43,091 nucleotides of DNA from Candidatus Micrarchaeota archaeon (GTDB taxonomy: Archaea > Micrarchaeota > Micrarchaeia > Anstonellales > Anstonellaceae). Below the pieces are notes generated by a model, which did no database searches, was not told the origin of the DNA, and saw only the letters and a program-made list of their open reading frames with translations. Made by a program: the position numbers and the translations under genes. Shown one piece after another: positions 31,054-39,556 of the stretch. Positions within the stretch are counted from its first letter, which is position 1, and the number at the start of each line of letters is the position of its first letter. The stretch spans positions 1 to 43,091 of the forward strand of contig JAKAME010000003.1 of assembly GCA_021813025.1 (NCBI GenBank), written 5' to 3'.

Positions 31054-32205
31054 CTATTCCTCGAACCTTTTCGGCCCGTCATTCAATGTCTGCACGAACG
31101 AGTCTTCCACTCCCATAACATCCAATTGCTTGCAGCGGCAGGGAGTCTTGAGCAGGCCGGAGAAAGAGGGGTTGGTGCGCCCGCCGTCGCCGTGAATCAG
31201 CTCCTTGATGTAGGTGCCTGCTTCGGCAAAAATGTCAAGCACCCACAAGTCCGGGGCGCGGGAAACGGCATCAATCGAATACACGTGCCTTGGCCTGATT
31301 AAGTCCGCCCTTCTTCGCAATACCCGCACCGGAGTCTGCTGCTTTACGCGCATGGGCATGGCTGATTGGAGCGCGCGCCAGTCCTCCTCAGTAAGAGGCC
31401 TGTCAGCTTCCACCCACGCGCGGTAGTGCTTGTCGAAATGCGAAGTGCACACCGTGCCGGGCCAGAAAGGCTGGACATATTTCAAATCGCGGGCTTCGAG
31501 AGGAAATTTAGCGGCAAATGAACGGGCCAGCCCCTCTAAATCCGCCTCCCTTTTCTGCGGCTGCAATAGTTCGAGCACAAACGGCCGCCCGCTGCCCAGG
31601 CACATCACATCCACGTCTTCCCTTCCGCTTGCATGCAAATACGCGTCAGATGCGCCGAAAGCAGGCACAAAGGTTTCGCGAAATGCCGTCTCGATTGCAG
31701 GATACTCCTGCTTTCTGTAATGGCATTTGGCGCAGCCGCGCCCGCGGCAGGCCATGCAGGCCCAGTCATGCTGGCACCATTCGCGCGATTTCTTGACGTA
31801 ATGGCCGAAAATGAAGATGGGGGTGGAAGTGGCCGAGCCTTTCATGTGCCAGAAATCAAGCTTGAAGGCTATTTCGCCGTTTGGAGAATAGGGCTTTTGG
31901 GTTTTCTTCTCAATTGCCTCGCCAGCCATGCGGTTGGCCTGGTTTTTTATCACCGTGACTTTGCCCAGAGGCTCGCCGTCGATGATTTCCTCCTCGCGCG
32001 CCATGAGAGGGCGGGAGAAGGTGGTTTGCACCAAAAATGAGGACCATTGTTTGTTGGAGGCTGAAGCGAGAGCCTGCTCCATTAGAATTGGAAGCTGCTC
32101 CAATACGCCCTGGCAAATGAAACAGCCGGAGGGCGCGTCCGCTGCCCTGACGTCAGGATGGCCGGGATGGCGGGCGGCGCAGTGCCTGCAGAGGGGATAT
32201 GCCAT
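31054..32205 (-). CDS. pus10: tRNA pseudouridine synthase Pus10
   Basis: The N-terminal Zn-ribbon cysteines are CRHC...CFIC. GREDVDVMCLGSGRPFVLEL and GTYIKELIHGDGGRTNPS are also present. The ATG is at 32205; the ORF track begins at TTG 32226. Confidence 0.85.
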   Translation of the reverse strand: MAYPLCRHCAARHPGHPDVRAADAPSGCFICQGVLEQLPILMEQALASASNKQWSSFLVQTTFSRPLMAREEEIIDGEPLGKVTVIKNQANRMAGEAIEKKTQKPYSPNGEIAFKLDFWHMKGSATSTPIFIFGHYVKKSREWCQHDWACMACRGRGCAKCHYRKQEYPAIETAFRETFVPAFGASDAYLHASGREDVDVMCLGSGRPFVLELLQPQKREADLEGLARSFAAKFPLEARDLKYVQPFWPGTVCTSHFDKHYRAWVEADRPLTEEDWRALQSAMPMRVKQQTPVRVLRRRADLIRPRHVYSIDAVSRAPDLWVLDIFAEAGTYIKELIHGDGGRTNPSFSGLLKTPCRCKQLDVMGVEDSFVQTLNDGPKRFEE

Positions 32206-32258
32206 TGGAATTACTGCCACCCTCAATCAATTTAACCTTCTCTCCCGAAATCCTCGCG

Positions 32259-32846
32259 ATGGCATACCCGTTCATCGTGCTGGAAGGCATAGACGGCTGC
32301 GGCAAGGAGACGCAGGTGCGCGAGCTTCTCAAATGGCTCAAGCGGCGCCGCCTGCCGGCAGTAGTGCACAAATACCCCACGGCAGGGGCGAAAAAAGTGC
32401 ACGAATACCTCGGCAGGCGGCAGGTGATGGATGCTGACTCGCTTTTCTCGGCTTTTGTTGATGATTTGCAGGCCCATCAGGCGCAGCTTGCCAAGGACCG
32501 CGGGCGCGCATGGGTGATTGCAGACAGATACTGCGTGTCGACAGCAGCTTATCAGGGCGTTGACGGGAAGCTCGATGCGCGCATCGCCCAGCTCGAAAAA
32601 TTTGAGTGGGTGAAGCCAGACTTCGTGCTTTGGCTTGATTTGCCTGTGGAAGAGGCCATGAGGCGCAAGGCGGGGCAGAAAAAGCCCGACAGGCACGAGG
32701 CGGACAGGGCCTTTCTGGAGGAGGTGCGCGCCAATTTCGACTCTCTTTACCGCCGCAGCTTCCTTTGCTCGAACTGGAAGCGCATAGACGCCAGCCAGCC
32801 GCCAGAGCGCGTGGCTGCCGACATCCGAGCGGCCATCGGGCAGTAG
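32259..32846 (+). CDS. tmk: Thymidylate kinase
   Basis: P-loop VLEGIDGCGKETQ and the DRY motif IADRYCVS. The ATG is at 32259; the ORF-track start at 32199 is unlikely. Confidence 0.9.
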   Translation: MAYPFIVLEGIDGCGKETQVRELLKWLKRRRLPAVVHKYPTAGAKKVHEYLGRRQVMDADSLFSAFVDDLQAHQAQLAKDRGRAWVIADRYCVSTAAYQGVDGKLDARIAQLEKFEWVKPDFVLWLDLPVEEAMRRKAGQKKPDRHEADRAFLEEVRANFDSLYRRSFLCSNWKRIDASQPPERVAADIRAAIGQ

Positions 32847-32855
32847 GCGGATGAG

Positions 32856-33923
32856 ATGGAAAAAAACATGAAAGCAGATGGCCGGCAAACAGATGGCCAG
32901 CCGTGCGAGTTCGGACTTGCTCTGTTCTTTTTTGTTCTGCTCGCTCTATCCCCTCTTCTTCATGCCGTTGAGCAGCCCCCGAATCTGGATTGGGACTCGC
33001 TGAGCGCGCCCCTGCGCCTGCAAAACGAGAGCTATTCGGTTTCGCCCGTGAAAGTGTCTGCTCAGCGCTGGCTGTTCCTTCTGTATGTGAACGGCACGCC
33101 CATCACTCTGGCGCAGGCCGAGCGCACGCAAGACGGGTGGACGGCGCGGCTGCTGGAAAACGAGGACGAACTGGCCGGAGCCGTGCGCTTCTACCATGCG
33201 GCACAGGGAAATCTGGACATGGCGCGCAAGGCTTTGGACGCGGCGCAGGCCGAACTTCGCGCCTACAACGCCTCGCGCGGGCAGGAGGGCCGCTGCCTTG
33301 ACGCGCTGGGTCTGGCGCGCAGGCCGTGCTCTGATTACGAGTCCTGCTTCAAGTCGTGCTTCTCTTCGCTTGATTTCTGCCAGCCTCTGGCGCAGGCCAA
33401 TGGAAAGCAGTTCATCTACCAGGTGTGGGACTATGAGAACAAGACAAGCCGGCTGAATGACGCGCTGGCAAAAACAGAGCTGGCGTATGAGAGCGCGTGG
33501 GCTTCCGTTTCCTCTTTGGAAATAGCAAGTTATAACGCCAGCCTGCGGCCGGTCTGGTCTGCCTCTGCAGACGTGCTGGCCCACCCGTTCAGCGGCTCAG
33601 TGTGCCAGAAGCCTTTCTACGACTCGGCCACTGCTGGGCGGGTGCAGGAGGATTTGACTGCAGCGCTGCGATGGCTGGAGCCTGTGGAGGACGGGGGGGC
33701 GGAAGCTGGGCAGTATATGCGCACGCTGGCCGCGCGCAGGCAGATGGTGGCGAGCGAGCGGATGAGGGAAAACCCGCTCGGAAACGTGATAGCTGCTGCT
33801 GGCGCGGACAATTCCCTGCTGGTGGCTGGCGCAGCGATGGTTGTGGTTATGTGCCTGATTGCAATTGCCGGCCTTCTTGTGTGGAGGGCCAGGCCCAAGG
33901 CTGGGGGAGGGAAACCAAGCTAA
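32856..33923 (+). CDS. Hypothetical surface protein with N-terminal signal/anchor and C-terminal TM anchor
   Basis: The N-terminal hydrophobic segment is FGLALFFFVLLALSPLLHAV. The C-terminal segment is LLVAGAAMVVVMCLIAIAGLLVW, followed by RARPK. Several Cys residues and N-x-S/T sites. Confidence 0.55.
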   Translation: MEKNMKADGRQTDGQPCEFGLALFFFVLLALSPLLHAVEQPPNLDWDSLSAPLRLQNESYSVSPVKVSAQRWLFLLYVNGTPITLAQAERTQDGWTARLLENEDELAGAVRFYHAAQGNLDMARKALDAAQAELRAYNASRGQEGRCLDALGLARRPCSDYESCFKSCFSSLDFCQPLAQANGKQFIYQVWDYENKTSRLNDALAKTELAYESAWASVSSLEIASYNASLRPVWSASADVLAHPFSGSVCQKPFYDSATAGRVQEDLTAALRWLEPVEDGGAEAGQYMRTLAARRQMVASERMRENPLGNVIAAAGADNSLLVAGAAMVVVMCLIAIAGLLVWRARPKAGGGKPS

Positions 33924-33987
33924 AAAGAACTCTATTTATACCGCTAATGCCCAGATTTGGTAAAATTACTATAATTGACGACGGATA

Positions 33988-34146
33988 TGCTCCGACCGGG
34001 ATTTGAACCCGGGTTACCGGCTTTCGGCGAGCTTTTCTGCGTCCCGGGCACTGCCGACGGGCGGCAGTTTTTCCGAGGTTTTTTGCCCTCCGGGCAAAAA
34101 AGCTCTTGAAAGGCCAGCGTCCTTGACCGGGCTAGACTATCGGAGC
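33988..34146 (-). tRNA. tRNA-Glu(UUC) with ~84-nt intron at the canonical 37/38 position
   Basis: Hand-folded. Acceptor GCTCCGA/TCGGAGC. D-arm GTCT-AGCCCGGTCAA-GGAC. Anticodon stem CTGGC/GCCGG with loop CTTTCA^A. T-arm CCGGG-TTCAAAT-CCCGG. Discriminator A. No encoded CCA. The intron is closed by GAGCTTTT/AAAAGCTC. Confidence 0.85.
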
Positions 34147-34171
34147 ACGGCAAAAGAGATGGGGCGGGAGG

Positions 34172-34181
34172 AATTTTTAAT
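34172..34181. promoter_or_regulatory. Shared near-palindromic TATA element between tRNA-Glu and srp54
   Basis: AATTTTTAAT is centred ~30 nt upstream of the tRNA 5' end (minus strand) and ~58 nt upstream of the srp54 ATG (plus strand). Confidence 0.35.
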
Positions 34182-34234
34182 CACGTGGGGCGAGGGCAGC
34201 CAATTTTAAGCCTCACAAGCCCCTTATTCAGCCT

Positions 34235-35572
34235 ATGGATTTAGGCAAAGGCCTGCGAACAGCGCTGGCCAAGCTCACCGGCCGCGCGCTGGTGGACGAG
34301 GCTGCGGTGAAGGAATTTTTGCGCGACATCCAGCGCGTGCTTATTGCAAACGACGTGCCGGTGAAGCTGGTTTTCGAGCTGTCCAAGAGGATTGAGAAGC
34401 GGGTTTTGGGGGCAGAGGCTGCCCCGGGCCTGTCATTGCGCGAGCAGGTGGTGCGCGCTATTTATGACGAGCTTGTGGCTCTCTTGGGAGAGAAATACGA
34501 GCCTGATTTGAGGCCGCGCCGCCTTGTTTTATTGGGTTTGTACGGCAGCGGCAAGACAACGACGTGCGGCAAGCTGGCCCAGTTTTACAAAAAGAGGGGG
34601 CTTTCGGTTGCGCTGGTGTGCGCAGACACAGACAGGCCGGCAGCTTATGCGCAATTGCAGCAGCTTTCGGCCAAGTGCGGCGCGTCTTTTCATGGAATAG
34701 AGGGGGAGAAGGAGGCTAAGAAGATTTTGCAGCGGCACCTGCCTCTGTTGAAAGAAGACCTTGTGATTGTGGATTCCGCAGGCCGCTCTGGATTTGACGA
34801 GGAGCTTGTGAAGCAGCTCAAAATAATCGTGGAGGAAGTGAAGCCGCAGGAGAAAATTCTTGTGATGTCTGCAGACATCGGGCAGACGGCGGCAAGGCAG
34901 GCGGAACAGTTCAATACTGCGGTTGGACTGACTGGCGTGATTATCACCAAGCTGGATGGCTCTGGAAAAGGAGGCGGAGCATTGGCTGCCTGTCATGCGG
35001 CCAAAGTGCCTGTGCTTTACATCGGGCGCGGAGAAAAATTGGAGGATTTCGAGCCTTTTGATTCCAAGAAATTCGTCGGCAGATTGCTTGGCTTCCCTGA
35101 TTTTGAGGCCTTGATGGAGAAAATCAAGGAGGCCGGCGTGCAGGCCGAGATGAAAGAGCAGCAGATGGACAAGCTGACTCTTGGGGCATTCTATTCGCAA
35201 TTGAAGGCGGCGCGCAAGATGGGGCCCCTGTCGTCTGTGTTTGGAATGATGGGCATGAGTGATTTGCCCCCAGACATGATGAAAACGTCGGAGCAGAAAC
35301 TGAAGAAATACGAGGCAATCATAGGCTCCATGACGCAGCATGAGAGGGATAATGCCGAAGTGCTGCGGAAACAAAAGGGGAGGATTGAGCGCATTGCAAA
35401 AGGGGCTGGAGCCAAGCCTGAAGAGGTGCGCGAGCTGCTTACTCAGTTTGAGAAGATGGCCAATCTGGTTAATGGGTTCAAGAAAAATAGGGGATTGCGG
35501 AAAAAGCTTGAGAAAATGATGGGCAAGAGCGGAGTGGATATGTCGAAGTTGCAGGGGATGATGGGTGGCTAA
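34235..35572 (+). CDS. srp54: Signal recognition particle protein SRP54
   Basis: G-domain motifs GLYGSGKTTTCGKLA, DTDRPAA, VDSAGR and TKLDGSGKGG. Met-rich M domain. Confidence 0.95.
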   Translation: MDLGKGLRTALAKLTGRALVDEAAVKEFLRDIQRVLIANDVPVKLVFELSKRIEKRVLGAEAAPGLSLREQVVRAIYDELVALLGEKYEPDLRPRRLVLLGLYGSGKTTTCGKLAQFYKKRGLSVALVCADTDRPAAYAQLQQLSAKCGASFHGIEGEKEAKKILQRHLPLLKEDLVIVDSAGRSGFDEELVKQLKIIVEEVKPQEKILVMSADIGQTAARQAEQFNTAVGLTGVIITKLDGSGKGGGALAACHAAKVPVLYIGRGEKLEDFEPFDSKKFVGRLLGFPDFEALMEKIKEAGVQAEMKEQQMDKLTLGAFYSQLKAARKMGPLSSVFGMMGMSDLPPDMMKTSEQKLKKYEAIIGSMTQHERDNAEVLRKQKGRIERIAKGAGAKPEEVRELLTQFEKMANLVNGFKKNRGLRKKLEKMMGKSGVDMSKLQGMMGG

Positions 35573-35646
35573 CCCAATGAGTGCCCGCCAGTCTTGGCGT
35601 GTGTTGGGTTCGTTAATGGAGGGATCTACCCCCAGGCCATCACCCG

Positions 35647-36144
35647 CTACCTCCACTTGCCCGTCTTGGCGTGCGTTGGATTCGACAACGGGGGGGAAGG
35701 GTCGTCCATAATCGCTTGAACTTTCCTTCGCAGCCGATTGTAATCAAACCCCACTCCGGATTTCTCGGTTTCCATGAGATTAACAAGCCCCTTCCCTATC
35801 TTTTCGTCGTTCGGGCTGTAAGAAGTTAACAGCCTGCTTGCCGTTCCGGCACCGGTTTGGCCACAGAGGCGGGCGGCAATGATGCAGGAGAGGATATCAG
35901 TAACGAGAGAATAGTCGCCATCCCGAGTGGAGTACGCGTCGATATACGCAGAAGTGGCTTCTTTATACTGCCTGTTTTTTACGAGCGTGCGGGCATCAGC
36001 CATGTGATTGTTGTATTCGACCCTCTCAAGAGCTTTCCTCTGGGTGTCTGGATTGGCAGAATGGATTTTCAAAAATCCGGGCTCGGGCTTCTTGCCGGGA
36101 AAATTTGCTAATGTTATCTTTTTCTTGAACACCATTGCATCCAC
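35647..36144 (-). CDS. Hypothetical protein (165 aa)
   Basis: ORF with plausible composition, preceded by an AT-rich promoter region. Its last ~12 codons are duplicated just downstream (see findings). Confidence 0.45.
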   Translation of the reverse strand: MDAMVFKKKITLANFPGKKPEPGFLKIHSANPDTQRKALERVEYNNHMADARTLVKNRQYKEATSAYIDAYSTRDGDYSLVTDILSCIIAARLCGQTGAGTASRLLTSYSPNDEKIGKGLVNLMETEKSGVGFDYNRLRRKVQAIMDDPSPPLSNPTHAKTGKWR

Positions 36145-36329
36145 CTCGATAAATATCAGTCCTGTGTTCTAGCGGCTTTAGCTCTGTGGCTTGTAGATTA
36201 TTGTGGATGCTAATGTTTAAATATGTTCCCATAATTTAGTTTTACTATTCTGTTCCTCTCTGATCAGGGAGAAAAATTTAGAAGAAATAAGAGAGGAAAA
36301 AGAAGCCTCCCACCCCGACAGAGATTATT

Positions 36330-36365
36330 TGGAAATTAAGAACGAAAATTTAAGAAATAAAAAAA
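36330..36365 (-). terminator. Oligo-T terminator tracts after the triple-HTH gene
   Basis: Immediately after stop 36366-36368, the minus strand reads TTTTTTTATTTCTTAAATTTTCGTT. This lies in a ~220-nt AT-rich spacer. Confidence 0.45.
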
Positions 36366-37157
36366 TCAAAGTTTGCGGCTTTGCAGCGCCAGCTCCTTGT
36401 TGATGAGCTCCTCGACCACGTCTTTTGGAATGACGCGCCTTCCGCCGATTTTCTCGTGCGGAATGCGGTTGCGGTCGAGGCGGCGCTCAAACGCGTTGCG
36501 CCTGATTTTCACGCCCTTGGCTTGCAGCAAAGTGATTGCGGCCGACACGTCGTGGTAGTTCTGCGCCACGTGCGTCAGGGCCTCCACCACGTCGCGGGGA
36601 ACCCAGCGGGCCGTCCCAATCTTGATTGAGGGCACGGTGTTTTTCTCCACGCGGCCTATGAAGGCGCGCAGATTCAGCTCAGGCTCGTGCGTTTTCAGCT
36701 TCTCATACGCTTCCTTGATGGAGTAGTATTCCTTGTGCAAGCCAATCCAGTCATGAATAACTGGTTTGGGAATGAGGCGCTTTTTGCCGATTTTCTCCGA
36801 GCGGATGGAGCGGCGCTCCACGCGGCCCCCGAAAGCGCGCGCCGAGATGTCGATGCCGGCCTTGGAAACCTCGTCGTAGGCCTCGTCAACCGTGAGCAGG
36901 CCCATGGAGCGCAGGCGCTCCTTGTCGAGCTTGTCCTGCTCGTAGAGCTGGTTGGCGGTGCGCACGATGGAGCCGATGTTCTCGCGCAGCTCGGTCTCGC
37001 GCACCGAGCGGCGGCTCCTCAGCTCCGAGGGCTTGAGCCCTTTGAGCTTGTGCACGACGGGGTCCTTTTGGTGTCGGGTGATTACGATTCGTTTTCCACG
37101 GGGCATGTTTTCACCATCTATGGGGGTGGTAATGGGATGGGTTTCATCTAAATACAT
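36366..37157 (-). CDS. Protein with three tandem 57-aa excisionase/MerR-like HTH repeats
   Basis: Repeats start at aa 87, 144 and 201 and share RAF.GRVE+..(I/V)...KIG..R.(I/V)P+.V. A TATA-like GGTTTTAAACC lies ~30 nt upstream of ATG 37157. An alternative start is M18 at 37106. Confidence 0.6.
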   Translation of the reverse strand: MYLDETHPITTPIDGENMPRGKRIVITRHQKDPVVHKLKGLKPSELRSRRSVRETELRENIGSIVRTANQLYEQDKLDKERLRSMGLLTVDEAYDEVSKAGIDISARAFGGRVERRSIRSEKIGKKRLIPKPVIHDWIGLHKEYYSIKEAYEKLKTHEPELNLRAFIGRVEKNTVPSIKIGTARWVPRDVVEALTHVAQNYHDVSAAITLLQAKGVKIRRNAFERRLDRNRIPHEKIGGRRVIPKDVVEELINKELALQSRKL

Positions 37158-37387
37158 TTTCTACCATACTATTAAGGGGCTGAGGTTTAAAACCCTTTGG
37201 GCAAGCTGTCCAAAAACGGGCCCCAGTATTTCCCCTTTCCATCACCCCGGCCAGATTACCACTATCTATAGTTTTAAAACGCTTGCGGCGGGGCAGCGCG
37301 GGCAAAAAAGGGGAGCTGCCCATCGGAGGGCAGGAAGGGTGTTTTTAATCCACCCCGCCCATCACGCATTGGGAAAGGGCGGATTGC

Positions 37388-38149
37388 ATGAACCTACTCC
37401 AAGTCACCGCAGCGTCGTTCAGGCTGTATTCCAACCACATAGGCTGGCACCTGCTGGGCGGACTGGCGCTGGTGCTCTCGACGCTGGTGGGCGTGGGCCT
37501 GATGTGCGGCGCGCTGCTGGCCAGCATGCTGCTGGCAATCCCGTTCGGGCCCAACGGCGAGTGGATTCGCCAGCCTCTCGCTGCCGGCCTCATCCTCCTC
37601 ACGCTTGGCGCGGGCGCTCTGGCGGGCAGCATCATCATCTTCGCGAGCTTGGGCGCGTTCGTGCACGTCTGCGCCCAGATAGGCGCGGGAGTGCGCGAGA
37701 TAACGGTGATTGGCTTCGTGGATTACATGCGCCGCTTCGGACACGTGTTCTGGACGATTGGAATTCTGCAGCTCCTGCTTGGCTCGCTTGCCGCGCTGCC
37801 GTTCGTGATTGCGTCCATGCTGCTCTCAAGCGCGTGGGAGCCCGTGCTTTTCATCGGCGCCGCCTTCGGCATACTGGCTTTCTTCCTCGCGCAGTGGCCC
37901 CTGTGGCTGGCTTTCGGGGCGCAGGTGGTGGAGAGGGGAGGCGTGCTGGGAAGCATCGGACTTTCGGTGCGCACCAGCCTGCGCGCGCCCGTCAGCAGCC
38001 TGGCGGGCCTTCTGCTTCTTGGCGTCGCATTCTCGCTGCCCCTGCCCATGCTGCTTTTCTATCCGGTTTATTTCTATTTCGTGTTCGCGCCTCTGGCGGC
38101 AGATTTCGGGCTTGTGTATTACGAGGCTTCGAGAGGGATGCTGAAGTAA
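37388..38149 (+). CDS. Polytopic membrane protein (253 aa), unknown function
   Basis: At least 5-6 hydrophobic helices. It is preferred over the overlapping R/A/G-rich ORF 36952..38295. TTTTTAAT lies ~45 nt upstream. Confidence 0.6.
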   Translation: MNLLQVTAASFRLYSNHIGWHLLGGLALVLSTLVGVGLMCGALLASMLLAIPFGPNGEWIRQPLAAGLILLTLGAGALAGSIIIFASLGAFVHVCAQIGAGVREITVIGFVDYMRRFGHVFWTIGILQLLLGSLAALPFVIASMLLSSAWEPVLFIGAAFGILAFFLAQWPLWLAFGAQVVERGGVLGSIGLSVRTSLRAPVSSLAGLLLLGVAFSLPLPMLLFYPVYFYFVFAPLAADFGLVYYEASRGMLK

Positions 38150-38155
38150 AAAGGG

Positions 38156-38503
38156 CTAATTCCCGCGCTCGACGAAGCCCACGCCAAATTTCGCAGAGTA
38201 GTGCAGGTTTATGGCCCGCAAGCCAATCAGTGAGAACATGCTGTGCCCCCAAATGCCCCCAACTTCGGGCCATCCGGAATTGCAATAGACATTAAAGATG
38301 TTGGCAGCTTCGGTTGAAAGCCGCGCGTCCAAGAATATTTTCTGCGGCCCGTCTTTGAGTTTGGAGATGGCTTGCTCGGCCTTCCAAAATTTGCTGAAAA
38401 ACTCGTAGCGGCTGCCCGACTGCACCGCGCGTTCGAGGTTGCGCAGAGCGAGATTTGCCTTCTCGGTCTTGGCAGCCTGACTGAATTTGAACATTTTGAA
38501 CAT
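38156..38503 (-). CDS. Hypothetical protein (115 aa)
   Basis: It starts 12 nt after the GGPP synthase stop. Its composition is balanced, unlike the overlapping R-rich ORF 38227..38904. Confidence 0.45.
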   Translation of the reverse strand: MFKMFKFSQAAKTEKANLALRNLERAVQSGSRYEFFSKFWKAEQAISKLKDGPQKIFLDARLSTEAANIFNVYCNSGWPEVGGIWGHSMFSLIGLRAINLHYSAKFGVGFVERGN

Positions 38504-38515
38504 AGACCCACCTTT

Positions 38516-39502
38516 TCAGCTTTCCCTTTCCGTGATGAATCTTGCCACGGCCTCAAGCTCCTCGCGCGCCTCGGACTTGGGAAGCTTGGAAATTTGGGAG
38601 AGAGACTTGCCGATGAGCGAGCGCGCGTATTTTGAGGCATAGTCAATCGAGCCGGTCGAGCGCATCCGCCCGATGGCCCAGTCAATGTCCGCCTGCCCTG
38701 CGGACTGGCTGTCGAGAATGGAGCGCAGGCGCTTTGCATCGGCAGAGTCAAGGCGCGGCAGGGCGTGCAGCACCATGAGGGTGCGCTTGCCCTCGCGTAT
38801 GTCGCCGCCGATTTCCTTCTTGTATTTCTCCTCCTCGCCGCACAGATTGAGCACGTCGTCCTGTATCTGGAAGGCCACGCCCATGGAATGGCCGTAGGAG
38901 GCAAGGGCCTTCACTTGAGCCGGCTTGGCCGAGGCGCAGAGCGCGCCAACTGAGCATGAGGCCTGCACAAGCGCGGCGGTCTTGCCGCCCACCATGGAAA
39001 GGTAATCCTCGGCCGTCAAATCCCAGGCATGGCGCCGATGCCAGCCAAGCTCCCGCGCCTGCCCCTCAAGCACGGCGGTGAAGGCGTCAAGCATGGTCTT
39101 CTGCACCGCGGCGGAGCGTGGGGATTTGATGGACAGCGCGGCGCGCCACACCAGCATGAACAGCCCGTCGCCCGCGTTGAGCGCGAGCGGCACGCCGTGG
39201 CGGATGTGGAGGCAGGGCTTGCCCCGGCGCATCTGCGAGTCGTCCTCTATGTCGTCGTGAATCAGGGTGAAGTTGTGGAAAAGCTCTATGGCGGCGGCCG
39301 CAGGCAGCGCGTCGGAGTCGCGGCCGCCGCAGGCGCGGCTGGAGGCAAGGGCGAGCAGGGGGCGGAAGCGCTTGCCCCCCAAATCAAGGAACTCCCAAAG
39401 CAGGCCATAGACTTCGGCAGGCCGGCCTGCGCGCGGGACAAGGCGCTCCATCTCCCGCTCCACAAGGCCGGCCCGCGAGTAGAAACGCCCGATGGCTGAC
39501 AT
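38516..39502 (-). CDS. idsA: Geranylgeranyl diphosphate (polyprenyl) synthase
   Basis: First Asp-rich motif LIHDDIEDDSQMRRGKP and second Asp-rich motif FQIQDDVLN. Confidence 0.9.
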   Translation of the reverse strand: MSAIGRFYSRAGLVEREMERLVPRAGRPAEVYGLLWEFLDLGGKRFRPLLALASSRACGGRDSDALPAAAAIELFHNFTLIHDDIEDDSQMRRGKPCLHIRHGVPLALNAGDGLFMLVWRAALSIKSPRSAAVQKTMLDAFTAVLEGQARELGWHRRHAWDLTAEDYLSMVGGKTAALVQASCSVGALCASAKPAQVKALASYGHSMGVAFQIQDDVLNLCGEEEKYKKEIGGDIREGKRTLMVLHALPRLDSADAKRLRSILDSQSAGQADIDWAIGRMRSTGSIDYASKYARSLIGKSLSQISKLPKSEAREELEAVARFITERES

Positions 39503-39556
39503 GGGAAAGAGGGGGGCTCGAACAATTAAAAGGATGGGGGGAGGGAAAAAAGAAGG

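Noticed and set aside
34529-35656. 375-aa minus-strand ORF
   Set aside because: It is entirely antisense to srp54, whose GTPase motifs are unambiguous. Its composition is L/R/H/Q-rich.
36145-36365. 220-nt AT-rich spacer as a possible replication origin
   Set aside because: There are no repeated ORB-like elements and no adjacent orc1/cdc6. The A-runs are oligo-T terminators on the coding (minus) strand for the upstream gene, and the rest contains TATA-like boxes for the 165-aa gene.
36952-38295. 447-aa plus-strand ORF spanning the triple-HTH gene, the spacer and the 253-aa membrane gene
   Set aside because: It is extremely R/A/G/P-rich. It runs antisense to one credible gene and out of frame through another, and it crosses an AT-rich promoter spacer. 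I treat it as a chance open frame.
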